Position numbers and translations under genes: made by a program
Assembly: GCA_002633005.1 (NCBI GenBank)
Contig: NMRA01000009.1
Coordinates: 791,169 to 855,168 of the forward strand
Source of the DNA: Phoronis australis
Lineage: Eukaryota > Animalia > Phoronida
Length of the DNA stretch: 64,000 nt
Reading direction: 5' to 3'
Shown here: in pieces, positions 1 to 11,365 of the stretch
Numbering within the stretch: the first letter of the stretch is position 1
Layout: each line of letters begins with the position of its first letter
The notes under the pieces: generated by a model
The model's input: the letters and a program-made list of their open reading frames with translations, nothing else
Databases searched by the model: none
Told to the model about the DNA's origin: nothing

Positions 1-326
1 AACATTACTGTTAAAAGCTAAGGAGGATGGTGAAGGTAAATCTGACTAAGGACGCTTGTCCTTATGATGATGGTGAAGATGAAGACACCGGTAGTGAGTC
101 GATTATTCTGACGGTTATGTAACAAGTATACGTTATGAAAGAAACTACGCGCCGAATAGTGCTATTATTCTCGTCTTCGAAATGTTTGTACTGACCTTCT
201 TTATGAAGTTACTGCACACAACATGAGTGCATCAAGTGCGCGCCAAATTGAAAAGTTTCAAACAAGTTTGATCTCATTAAATTCCTTTTGTCAACGTGTT
301 TATTTAGTAAACGCTTATCTACTCAC

Positions 327-416
327 TTATAGCGCCGTATCTCCAGGCAGAAGGGTCGCCATAGGGCCCTGAACTGTGGTATTGACTGTACGGTCCGTAC
401 GACGAGTACTCACTCG
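327..416 (-). CDS. Pax2/5/8: Pax2/5/8 penultimate-type exon (SEYSSYGPYSQYHSSGPYGDPSAWRYGAI); terminal exon not found in window
   Basis: aatttcag acceptor, A|gtgagt donor, 90 nt, phase 1-1; resembles vertebrate SEFSGNPYSHPQY..AWRF motif. Confidence 0.9.
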   Translation of the reverse strand, partial: RVSTRRTDRTVNTTVQGPMATLLPGDTAL

Positions 417-1897
417 CTGAAATTATAGCAACGTATTAGGCGGAACATTGGTATTTTGGCTGTTAAAAAGTATCTAACGTTGGCTTATTAAGCAATTCAC
501 AGGTGATCGCCGACATCAGGAGCGAATGTTGTTATAGGATTGATTGCTGATTGACAAAAATTGTAAAATGTAGGCATGTGATAAAAACTGATAGCCATTA
601 ATGGACAGGGTAATCTGTAAATGTGACTGCAATATAAGACAGCGTGCATGGCTATTGTTCTGATGAGGGTTTTTCAACTAGACTCATATTTGAGTTATTT
701 ACTGTTTAACATAGAAAAGCACTTTACGACGAATTTTATTGCTAAATTATATCCACGGATATAAAAGATTTGTAAAATCTTAATTTAAAATTCAAATAAC
801 TGTTTTTGCTTTACACCTGACAGTAGTGTGTCAATATGACCCAGTTGAGAGTACTATGTTTCCACAGGTGTTCTCTCCTTGTGCCATCAAATTGGTTCCT
901 CCAGGCAAGTGATATCAAAGCCACTCGGGGCATCTTTACAATTTCGGCATGTTTAATTCCAGTATCCAAAATAACCCAGTTTGTATTCGCACCACACAAA
1001 ACAAGCACTCATTTAATTTCAAATTTATGTAATTTCCCAGAATTTGTTTCAAAAGATTTAGATTTTAGGTCGAATAGTTATTTGACACCTGTTACCATAA
1101 GTTCACGTGGGGGCGAAAGCGAACACAAATAGCAATTTTGGTCTAGCTTATGAACAATGCGACGCTGATAGTTTACAATTTCGAGAAAGTTTGTGTTTCC
1201 CTATAAAAATATTCGCTGTTTATTTTCTCATTGAATCTTAATCGGATTGTCACGAGTCGAATTCAATGAGTAGAGTATTATGTGCGCGAGACCAAGCCAG
1301 TATTCTATTACAAAGTGACAGTCTAGGTACAGTTCGATTGTAATAGTCCAAAGTAATCTTCTAGCACTTGCTTTCGTAACTAGAACCTAAACGCTTTTAT
1401 ACGGCTTTGGGATCAATTTAATTGGTTTGTAAATATTTTATATCGGTAAGTGCAAGAATCAAAACAATGTCAAAATACATTCACATTACTGATCGAAGCA
1501 GTCAGTGGGATTGGTACGGGAGAGAATTGAACGGAATAACCGAATGCCCCGTGCCTTGAGGTAAAATCATTGAATTACTCAAAAAAGTAAATCAACCTTC
1601 TGTTTTTTTCTCATAATTTAAAAAAATGAGCAAATGGCACAATTCCTACAAGAACGAGTTCAGTATGATATTCTCAATAATTTGTTATATGTGAAAACAT
1701 ATCTTACGAATTTTTGTCGTACAGTGAGAGACACAAGTTAAGAACGCAAGTCACAAAATGGCTGATTTAAACCAGTGCTGGTTTACGGTTCACGGTTTCG
1801 GGCAAATGCCTCTTAAAAGAACAAAACGTTATGAAGACTGGAGAGCCTTTCACATTGGTATAAAAATTACCTGAACGTAAGCCTGACATTTTTAGAC

Positions 1898-2005
1898 CAT
1901 TTCTATACCAGTGTGAACAAGTGAAAATGGTCAAACTGTTATCTGAGTCATTTCTATACCAGTGTGAACAAGTGAAAATGGTCAAACTGTTATCTGAGTC
2001 ATTTC
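1898..2005. repeat. 51-bp tandem duplication
   Basis: catttctataccagtgtgaacaagtgaaaatggtcaaactgttatctgagt repeated exactly twice. Confidence 0.95.
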
Positions 2006-2802
2006 ACTACTCGCTACATAATGAAGCAAGTTACTTCAAAAATAATTTTTGTATTTCTCATTTTAATTGTTTTTTTTTCAACAAAATAGGATTGAACTTA
2101 ACTTTTTATATTTTTTATAAGTTGCCCAACTTTTAGGTCGCACGTGGAAATGAAATGCGCCTCATAACATTCATATCAAAGCCATGTTTCTGAAATTATA
2201 GTCACGGAACCGCACTCGGCCGCAAAGAAACTACCAACTTTTAATATATGCCACTTTCCGCCATAAAATTGGCTTCAAAAATAATTTTTGGCACGTTAAT
2301 GCTGGAGACGCTTGACCCGCCGTGAACAAGCTAACTTATCGGACCTGAACTCAGGTTATCAATCACTGCTGTTTCTGTAACAATGTTTCTTTGGGTAAGA
2401 GAGTTGGTCTTACCCTCAAACCTAATGTATCCCTAGGGAGTGGTGAGGTGTATTTCGTAAGATCTCTACTTTTCGACCTGCTCAAGCAATAGATCAAAAT
2501 TTTAATTCTTCTCAAGTCCATGCAGAATCCAGCCTCATATGAACATGGAACAAGTTTTAACTCAAAGACCAATTTATAACGGTGAGTACCCTTAATCAAA
2601 AACCAGTTTTAATGACGTATGCATTTTGTGACACTTTTCTTAACACTGTGTTGTTTCATCAAAGCTCCTAAAGCTCCTCTCATACTAATGTCGATGCGCC
2701 AATATTTTGGGTAGTTTCGTTAAGAATGAATAGTTAACTTCGGTCTCATCAAAATTAACACCGGGGTCCACTGCTATCGTCAACAATTTAAGGACACTGT
2801 CG

Positions 2803-3000
2803 CATGCGCGTACCCAGGGTGGCTTGGGAGGCATCAGAGAAACAAAAAGTCCGAGAAATCGAGACAAAAGTCCACTAAAAAGGCAGGAACTACCACAATT
2901 TGGCGAACGCACAATTCACAGCACTGAACGTACCTCGTTTTTTTAGGTCCACATTCCCAAAAATTCGAGCCCCCCAATTTTTAGGCTGCGTGAGAGCATG
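2803..3000. mobile_element. MITE with CATG termini and 5-bp TSD (tgtcg)
   Basis: tgtcg|catgcgcg...gagagcatg|tgtcg; body similar to 56428-56664. Confidence 0.85.
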
Positions 3001-4302
3001 TGTCGTCACTAATATTTACTAATATTTTACTCGGATAATCCCCAATCTTATTAGAAATAAGTTTTAGTTTAATTGTCACACTTAAGTGTTCTCAAATTTT
3101 TACATTAAAAAATGCTAGCGCGCACGGGATGCTCAGCGCTACCTTGCAATTTATTCGATGACAAAAGCGTCACCTACCGTTTATTTCGATGCCTTTAACT
3201 ACCGAAGCTGGTATGAATAATTCAATTAACTTCGCACTTTACACCGACACTCAGCTCATACCTGAGTTAAATTAGTATGAAAGAGCCTCAAGATAGATAG
3301 ACACCAAAATATAAAAATCCCACTGAACATATGCAGGTATAGATTATGTTCATTTGTTAAGTTTCTTTAAAATTAGGGGCCTAAAACAGAAGGTATATTT
3401 ACTTTCTGAGTAGTTTTTTCACAAGCTCATCACACAGCAGTTGCTATAGGGGTTAAAATTTCAGAAAAACGCAGATAATAAATAAAAATGTTATTTTTGT
3501 CAAAATTTGAAAAAGCCAGAGCTGCGACGTTCACTCACAAAAAGCAAATTACGAGAGAACAATCAGGTATTTTTTTATGACCAGGTGAAGTATTTCAAAT
3601 GATCAGAAACATTGTCCTCAATCATAGTAGTCCAACTCAATAAGTGTCAATTTGGTGTCATAAATTATCAAACTGCTTAAAGGTTAACGGCCCACGTTCA
3701 TGGCAAAAAGAATTCCATGTGATTGGAGCCTTCCTAAAAGATAAGGCTAAGACGATGACGTCATCGCTTTCTCAGTATGGTCATCAACGCACTGTCATGG
3801 AAACTCAGTGTTACTAATTCACACAACCTGGGCAATTTACTTTCGAGATCTATTGAAAACATAATTATGTGGATTTTTTTGTTGCAAACTCTCCTAAGTC
3901 ATGAACTATCTACTTGTATTTTGATAATCTAAAAAAAGTATTTCAATTTTTTGTTATTATATGGATTTGCTCGTCATGTAAGCAGTCATAAGAGGTGCTC
4001 AAAAGTGGTGGCGTTTGCCTAGCTCATTTGCCAACCAATAGTTTCTAAAGAAATTGGCATTCAGTCACCATTGCTGCGAAACGTATCCGGATTACATTAA
4101 AATGAACATAATGTTTTCCAAACACCTGTCCTTCGTAAAATATCGCAGTCACAAAATGGAAATGTGTCTTTAAGGGGAGTGACACTATAGGCGAGAAAAT
4201 TGATTTTCTGAAATCAACCACAGAGCGGACTGGAATCTAGAATCCTCGCGTTCTGATACTGCAAGTGGAGCCAAACCTCTGGCACCCGATGAATGGCAGT
4301 CT

Positions 4303-4910
4303 AATATGGTGGGCTGTTGAGGGGAAAGTGTCGCCGTAAAATTACGTTAGTAATTACGAACGTAAATTAAATTGTAGGATTGTCGCCGTACAATTACGCA
4401 CGTAAATTAAATGGGGAAATTTTTCGCCGGAAAATTACGCTCGTAATTACGAACGTAAATTAAACTGCAAAAGTGCTGCAGTAAAATTACGCCCGTAAAT
4501 TAATGGGGGAAATGTCGCCGTAAATTACGCTCGTAAAATACCTTAAGAACGTTCCAAATTTAAACCAATCTGTGTTAACCTAACATACACGACTGTTCCT
4601 GGGCAGCTGGTTCTTGCACAATCGCTGACATTGCAGCAGCGATTGGTCCGCCATGATTCAACGCTAGTAGCGCAGACATGTAACCCGTCAGTAAATAAGT
4701 ATTAACATGAGCGCCCGCGACCGTGAGTTGTAAAATCGAACGTCATTGGCTAAGAGTTTAAACTAAATTACGACAGTAATTTTACGCCGTAAAGAATTAA
4801 ATTACGCTCGTAATTTTACGGCGTAATTAATGGCGTAAATAACGGCGTAATGTACATAATTAAGCTCGTATTTTTCCGGCGACACTTTCCCCCTAACGGC
4901 CCATCATATT
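4303..4910. mobile_element. Foldback/MITE-like element with ~45-bp TIRs and subterminal AATTACG arrays
   Basis: aatatggtgggctgttgaggggaaagtgtcgccg is mirrored by cggcgacactttccccctaacggcccatcatatt; many aattacg/cgtaa motifs at both ends. Confidence 0.85.
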
Positions 4911-5776
4911 TAGTACCAAGAGATTATTAGTAGACATCGCCGATCTATTAGTGCAGATGATTGACCATGAAAAAGAATAACTTAGACACGTGACTTTCCA
5001 AATAAGGAAGACAATACAGTTGAGAACTTAACTGTGCTTTTTGGCTTGCACGAAGCCGACTGCGCGCTGCAGAACGGAACGATGGTAATTTTAAGCGCAC
5101 TGAATCCATCGGCCTTCATTTCAGCGAATGTCTGGCAGACAACGGCGAGAATTGGTGATATGCAATTACAATCCTTAAAACTCTGGCTGTAAAACTCTAA
5201 AAATAAGCCCACTTCAAAATTTACATTGATGGTCCACGTTTAGATGTATCTTTTGACCCATTTTCTCAGCCAGAGACAGCAAGAGACTGGCTGCCGCCAA
5301 ATCCCGCTGTAAAAGGTCGTGACTTCACTTTGGACATAACTTGCAATGGGTTCACGAGTGACAAATGTCCAGTTCGGGACTGCTGCCGAAAGTGCAGAAT
5401 TGCCAACCCAATACTCGAATCGATCCATTTCCTGGTGAAAAACACACCTAATGTTCTTCATTGTCCATTCAAACTACTATTATGTTTTGATTTGCAAAAC
5501 ATGAGCCAATAAATGTTCTGACAGCTTTTGTCCTTTCGCCCCATGTCTATAAACAAAGTGCGTACTTATTTACAGACAAGTTACTTGTCCATGCGTAGTA
5601 TACAAAAATCGGCTAAACATTTATCTCAAAAGTACATGAACTAGTGTGAATCACGTGGATTCACTCACCATAATGGTGCACATTTTTTTCAGTCACGTGC
5701 ATTACGTCGCTTGCATACTTTCCGCAAGGGACTTCTATTTTTTTATCTAACTACAACATGTTCATGCCAACCTTAC

Positions 5777-5887
5777 CTGTAGGTGTTGGGTAGGAGGCTG
5801 TAGAGGGAATCACCAGAGGCGGAACCAAGTTTCCCATGGTCTGGTTAGGGTAAGTGTTATGTGGTGATGGGTAGCACGAGCCATGGT
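5777..5887 (-). CDS. Pax2/5/8: Pax2/5/8 activation-region exon (HGSCYPSPHNTYPNQTMGNLVPPLVIPSTASYPTPT)
   Basis: catttgcag acceptor, ACAG|gtaagg donor, 111 nt, phase 1-1, P/Y/S/T-rich like the Pax2/5/8 C-terminus. Confidence 0.88.
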
Positions 5888-5946
5888 CTGCAAATGAACA
5901 ACGCGGGTTACAATTTACGTCACTTGCAAGAGCCGTAGTCGGACAT

Positions 5947-7096
5947 TGTTTTAGATTAAATCACACACATCTTTATAGTATCAAGAACGCGGCTCCAGAT
6001 ATGACGGTGAGGGGGACCGGACACCCTTTCTCGGACACTTCCGTATTGAGAAATATAATTCAAGAGCTACGTAAAGTAATCTCTTCAGTGGTGAATCTCT
6101 ATGGTCTTGACTATTGTTATTGTTGGCCTGGCTCTTACTTCGTTAGGATGTGAGATTCTTGTAAGGTCAGGCAGGTGGATGACGCCTGATCAGAAAGCAG
6201 CTTTGTCGCTTGAGACTATGATTCGCAATGTCGTCTTATCTGCCATCTTTCTAGTAACTTTCTCCAGCCAATGACTGCGATCATCGAAATCAAACAGAGC
6301 TAACCACATATCACGTAATATTGGAATGAATGGTTTCCACGGTAAATAGGCAGATCTGCCATTTGATTTGGGGGTCTGACGTCAAGGAAACGTCTGACGA
6401 GAGCTCACGTGTGCATTATCTGCCTTCTGATAGGACAGCACGTGAAAGTTGTATTATATAAATTGGTCTGGGCTGCTTTCGGTAGACGCAAGAAACTCTC
6501 GAAAATGCAAGATCGTGCATNCTGTTTTAGATTAAATCACACACATCTTTATAGTATCAAGAACGCGGCTCCAGATATGACGGTGAGGGGGACCGGACAT
6601 CCCTTCTCGGACACTTCCGTATTGAGAAATATAATTCAAGAGCTACGTAAAGTAATCTCTTCAGTGGTGAATCCCTATGGTCTTGACTATTGTTACTGTT
6701 GGCCTGGCTCTTACTTCGTTGGGATGTGAGATTCTTGTAAGGTCAGGCAGGTGGATGACGCCTGATCAGAAAGCAGCTTTGTCGCTTGAGACTATGATTC
6801 GCAATGTCGTCTTATCTGCCATCTTTCTAGTAACTTTCTCCAGCCAATGACTGCGATCATCGAAATCAAACAGAGCTAACCACATATCACGTAATATTGG
6901 AATGAATGGTTTCCACGGTAAATAGGCAGATCTGCCATTTGATTTGGGGGTCTGACGTCAAGGAAACGTCTGACGAGAGCTCACGTGTGCATTATCTGCC
7001 TTCTGATAGGACAGCACGTGAAAGTTGTATTATATAAATTGGTCTGGGCTGCTTTCGGTAGACGCAAGAAACTCTCGAAAATGCAAGATCGTGCAT
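5947..7096. repeat. ~575-bp near-identical tandem duplication separated by a single N; probable assembly or haplotype artefact
   Basis: ~5947-6520 is repeated at ~6523-7096 with about 5 substitutions; N at 6521. Confidence 0.9.
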
Positions 7097-7297
7097 GTCT
7101 TCGAGAGATATCGCCATGCATAACAAGCGAGACACGTGATCACAATAGCTTTTCTTACAAGTGTCTTGGGTCTACATAACACAACTCTGGTTAATTTGTT
7201 GATTGAAACCGTCAGAAATCATAAAACAACCTTTCCTTGGAAAATTACCGTCAAGCGTCGATTTTAACCCTATATTTTTCTAGTAGAAAAAACTTAC

Positions 7298-7546
7298 TTG
7301 AATACTGAGGGTACGTTGTGGGTGTTGTCATAGGCGCACCCTGGTTGAGTGGAGTTAGTTCAGTGACTGTGAATTGATCTCCCGCCGCCCGGTTGCCGTT
7401 TGTGTCGCCCTTGTGCGAACCGTTGCTCTGGCTACTATTGTTGTTCGGGCTTGGTGGTGTTGATCTACAAGTGCTGTTGTTATTGGCTGAAAAGTTCGAA
7501 AATTTACGACATAATCTCTTGTCATGAGAGACCGTCTCACCATAAA
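7298..7546 (-). CDS. Pax2/5/8: Pax2/5/8 internal exon (YGETVSHDKR...ELTPLNQGAPMTTPTTYPQYS)
   Basis: ctctttggcag acceptor, A|gtaagt donor, 249 nt open in phase 1-1, S/N/T-rich; acceptor choice less certain than donor. Confidence 0.8.
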
Positions 7547-8408
7547 CTGCCAAAGAGCGTGTAGTAATTGGAAACGCCGGTCGACATTTCATGAGTCCGC
7601 TCGAAAATAGTTTGGCAAAGAGACAGCTTTAGAGCAAAGGAGAACAAATCGAGGTCAGTTATCAAAAGCAAAAAGGTTCGCTAAGCATTGCTTTTGAAGT
7701 CTGGTATTACTACATAAAGACCGCCTCTAGTTACATGTGGAGATAATCTGAACGGATGTTAATAAGGTAGTAACTATAGTCTGTTGGCTTAGAAGGAAAT
7801 GCTACATGACTCAACTAAATGGCATTGAACAGCTTTTGCAGTGCTGTGACACACACTGACGGGAAAGTTTTCAGCTAAACTTGGAGAAGTTCAGTTTCAC
7901 ATATGTCAATTTTACCCATCAGAAGTGACTCATGAAAGAATGATGTTCATAAAGTAATTGTTAGCAGAAAATGGTGTCCTCGAAACATTTTTGCAAGTCA
8001 ATGTATTGTAACAACTCACTTTCGTAATGGTTTCCTTGTGTTCGTTTGTCCTGAGCGACGATAGACGGCAGAGCTGTACCTAAGTGAACGAAAACATAAC
8101 AAAAATGTCACTCACATGGTAGATTACAACTGGGTCATTTTGTTTAGGAAAAGTGTAACAGTCCTTGCAATGTTCTACAACACGTATTATCCTGAGAACC
8201 AAACTTGTGAAGCAAACACGCAATCAAAGCTAAAACCATTTCTTACAATTAACACAGAACAGTTATCAACAATTACGGTATTCTAAATTAATGAAAAAGA
8301 ATTTGGCAACACTCTTGTTTCCAAACATTTGTGACAAATTCTTCTAATGACGGTGTACTTGAAAATTGGAAATATAAATCGCACATGCTACAATTGAAGA
8401 AAACAGCT

Positions 8409-8522
8409 CATTTATCCCTGCCACACATTTATTCCTACCATACATTTATTCCTACCACACATTTATTCCTACCACACATTTATTCCTACCACACATTTAT
8501 TCCTACCACACATTTATCCCTG
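8409..8522. repeat. 17-bp minisatellite, ~6.5 copies
   Basis: Unit catttattcctaccaca. Confidence 0.95.
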
Positions 8523-9343
8523 TTTCGTTGCTACACATATTCATCAGTAGTAACTCGCTTTTTAGGAACCTTTCAGTTTATAACAATAAAAATGCAAAAT
8601 GAAACTGAGCACGTTTGATACTATTTTTGTATAAGCTACGTCAATCTATTTACTTGAACAAGGTAATTAAACAGACTACGTAAGGTGTCGGTAGCCAGTG
8701 TAATTATATACTTCCTGACCTCATTAATTCTGAAATTGATAGTACCCCGACATCATTTACACATGTTCTGATTGTTACTGCAACGTATGTGGAAGTTGGA
8801 AGACCATTTTTCATCGTATTTCATCAAGTCCAATTAATTTATCACTCTGTTACGAGAGTTTGAATTATTCATGGAGAATTTTCTATTGCGGATATCTTTT
8901 GTGCTGGCTGTCCACCTTGTGTTGGATTAAATCACGTGGAATGTATACAAGTGTCGAGTGCCTTTTGATGCAAGTTAGATCGACTTAACACAAATTAACA
9001 AGTCTATTATATCAATTTGACTTGATTTCCTTGTGTGCACTGGTTGCATTAGAACGAAGAACATTAATCGTCGCGCGTGATACGTGAGAGGAAATAGCAT
9101 ATAATTCATGCAATTATAGAACAAGAAGAGACATATGTGTTTGAAGACACCATCCCTGGGTGGGTTTTGCGTAAACTGGGGCAAAATATTATTAAATGAC
9201 ACAATGAAAATGTACTCTAAATTGGTCCAAAAACAGTCTCCAGGAATACTATTTTTATCTCACATATTATACCAAAATGTGAATTTCATTAGTTTAATTA
9301 ACCAGAGTGGATCATCTTCTTTAAATTGGTTATTTAAGATAAG

Positions 9344-10216
9344 CACTAGTGAGATAAATATAGATTATTACATGGCGAAGTCATTATCCCCCCTTATCTA
9401 GAGCCCGAGTGGATTTTGGAGAATTATCGCCCGAGGGGCGTTCGCCCCGAGGGTGGTAATTCTACAAAATCCACGAGGGCTCTGTATAAGGGGGATAACG
9501 ACTGAGAACCTGGAATAATCTATTTATATCACATACTGAACGAGAATCGATCTACCTTTCTCGACTCGCCTCAGCTTTGTAACTACTTTCTATGTCAGAA
9601 GCCCGGGGTCGAAGGTCGTGACCTTTTAAGAAAAGCCATGCTATTTTTGTCAAATAATGCTTTTACTCAAAACCATTTGAAAATTTAAACAAAATCGAAA
9701 TAAAGTGAATCTATAAATTAAGGTTTAGCAATTATTATAGCTTACTACACATTTTATCACGCTAAACCTTAATTTATAGATTCACTTTATTTCGATTTTG
9801 TTTAAATTTTCAATTGGTTCTGAGTAAAAGCATTATTTGACAAAAATAGTAGGTTACCACTACTAGTGACTGAGTATAATGCTCAAGTCAAAGGATACCG
9901 ACGACACGATACACGCATTCAAATTGGAGATCGGTGATTTACAAGTGAGAGAACACGAGAGAAAAATTTCACTGAATTAAAATATCATTTTTATGGAAAT
10001 TATGCGTCTTATTTTTCATAGCGTATAAATGTCGGTACAATGCTCTTTGCTGAACATGCGATTGTTGCGCGTGCTCATTTAAGTATTCTATTTTCACGTT
10101 CGATGACGTCAGCCGTTGAGTGGTGTAGTGGTAAAATCGGCGACTCGAAACTCTTGAGGCCCGGGTGTAAACCGGCCTCGGTTTCCCGACAAAATGTTAT
10201 CTCACTAGTGAGATAA
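9344..10216. mobile_element. Multi-palindrome non-autonomous element, Crypton-like by architecture
   Basis: Imperfect palindrome 9349-9532; near-perfect inverted repeat 9641-9729/9761-9849; perfect 20-bp palindrome 10197-10216; cactagtgagataa direct repeat at both ends; family call is inference. Confidence 0.6.
10112..10185 (+). pseudogene. Degenerate tRNA-like / SINE-head sequence
   Basis: A-box-like tggtgtagtggt and T-arm hairpin ccgggtgtaaaccgg with damaged B box; no intact cloverleaf. Confidence 0.45.
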
Positions 10217-10283
10217 CTAAATGGGTTATTAAACGGTTGTATTTGCCATTTGACGCTAATATTGTGGTATAAAGTATCCCTAC

Positions 10284-10583
10284 GTGAACACTGTTGCAGA
10301 GGCTAGTCCACATCATTGTGAACACTGTAGCAGAGGCTAGTCCACACTATTTGTGAACACTGTAGCAGAGGCTAGTCCACACTATTTGTGAACACTGTAA
10401 CAGAGGCTAGTGCACACTGTTTGTGAACACTGTAACAGAGGCTAGTGCACACTGTTTGTGAACACTGTAGCAGAGGCTAGTCCACACTGTGAAGACTATA
10501 ACAGAGGCTAGTCCACACTATTTGTGAACACTGTAGCAGAGGCTAGTCCACACTGTGAAGACTATAACAGAGGCTAGTCCACA
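10284..10583. repeat. 31-35-bp minisatellite, ~9 copies
   Basis: Unit gtgaacactgtagcagaggctagtccacactattt with variants. Confidence 0.95.
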
Positions 10584-11119
10584 TTATACGAGTAGAGTGC
10601 CATAACATTCTCAGTGGTTTTCTTTCTTAAAAGATCCTTTAGGGTAATCACTTTTTAAACTCTTCAAAAAATGCAAATTTACTGCACTATCCTATTGTTT
10701 AAGTGACTTGTACCCATTAGTCGGCTAACAAACAGGAAATCACTGCGACTTTGTAATGCAAATAACCTCGGTTTGGATTGATGGCAAAGAGTTTGAGTGA
10801 GGTGCGCGCGGCAAAATGTAAGCGTTCTTGCTGAGTTTACATATTGCAAATGGCGACACTTTGTCTACTTCAAGTGCGATTGCTATTTACAGTTATCATT
10901 TTTACTAGATGTTGTTTGATCAAATGAACATCAAAGATTTTTTTACAGATAACTTCTAATCTCTCAGCATCGTTTGTTACAACTAATTTACTGAAACCGA
11001 TACTTGAGAATTTATTTTGTGTTTAGATTTGGTTTCAATCTGCGACACTTTAAAAAACGTTTTCACATCATTGGCTACGCGCCAAAAATAGTTTCCAATA
11101 TTTCCGAAGCCATACTTAC

Positions 11120-11365
11120 CCATAGTTGGTGAAAATCTACTTCCGGTTGTCGTCTGCGGCTCTGAAGCCGGTGCCGCCATCATGTGGCTGTGAGTTGAAG
11201 GCGGTGTAAAAGCAGCCTGTCCATTGAATGACGGATACCCATTAGCAACTGGCTGTAAGGGCATTGTCCCAGTCTCTGTTTTGACTAATTTACTCTGATT
11301 ATACCACATGCCAATGTCTTCCTTGACGTCGGCAGCGCCTTCTCCGTTTGTATGACCATTAACGA
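11120..11365 (-). CDS. Pax2/5/8: Pax2/5/8 internal exon (VNGHTNGEG...MWYNQSKLVKTE...RFSPTM)
   Basis: ctctttttag acceptor, G|gtaagt donor, 246 nt open in phase 1-1, P/S/T-rich, compatible with both neighbours. Confidence 0.85.

Noticed and set aside
1-326. Terminal Pax exon
   Set aside because: Acceptors examined give immediate stops and no PYYY-type motif; the exon is probably outside the window
5240-5461. Possible extra Pax exon after the ttttcaccag acceptor at ~5432
   Set aside because: The phase-1 frame hits a stop after ~25 codons and shows no Pax similarity; could only be a minor terminal exon
6385-6410. gaaac..ctgacgag hammerhead-like cores
   Set aside because: Spacing leaves no room for stems I and III
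10112-10185. Functional tRNA gene
   Set aside because: B box mutated and acceptor and anticodon stems do not pair; kept only as a relic
10284-10583. CRISPR-like regular repeats (also 21440-21676, 32268-32410, 61638-61911)
   Set aside because: Units are contiguous with no unique spacers, no cas genes, eukaryotic context; ordinary minisatellites
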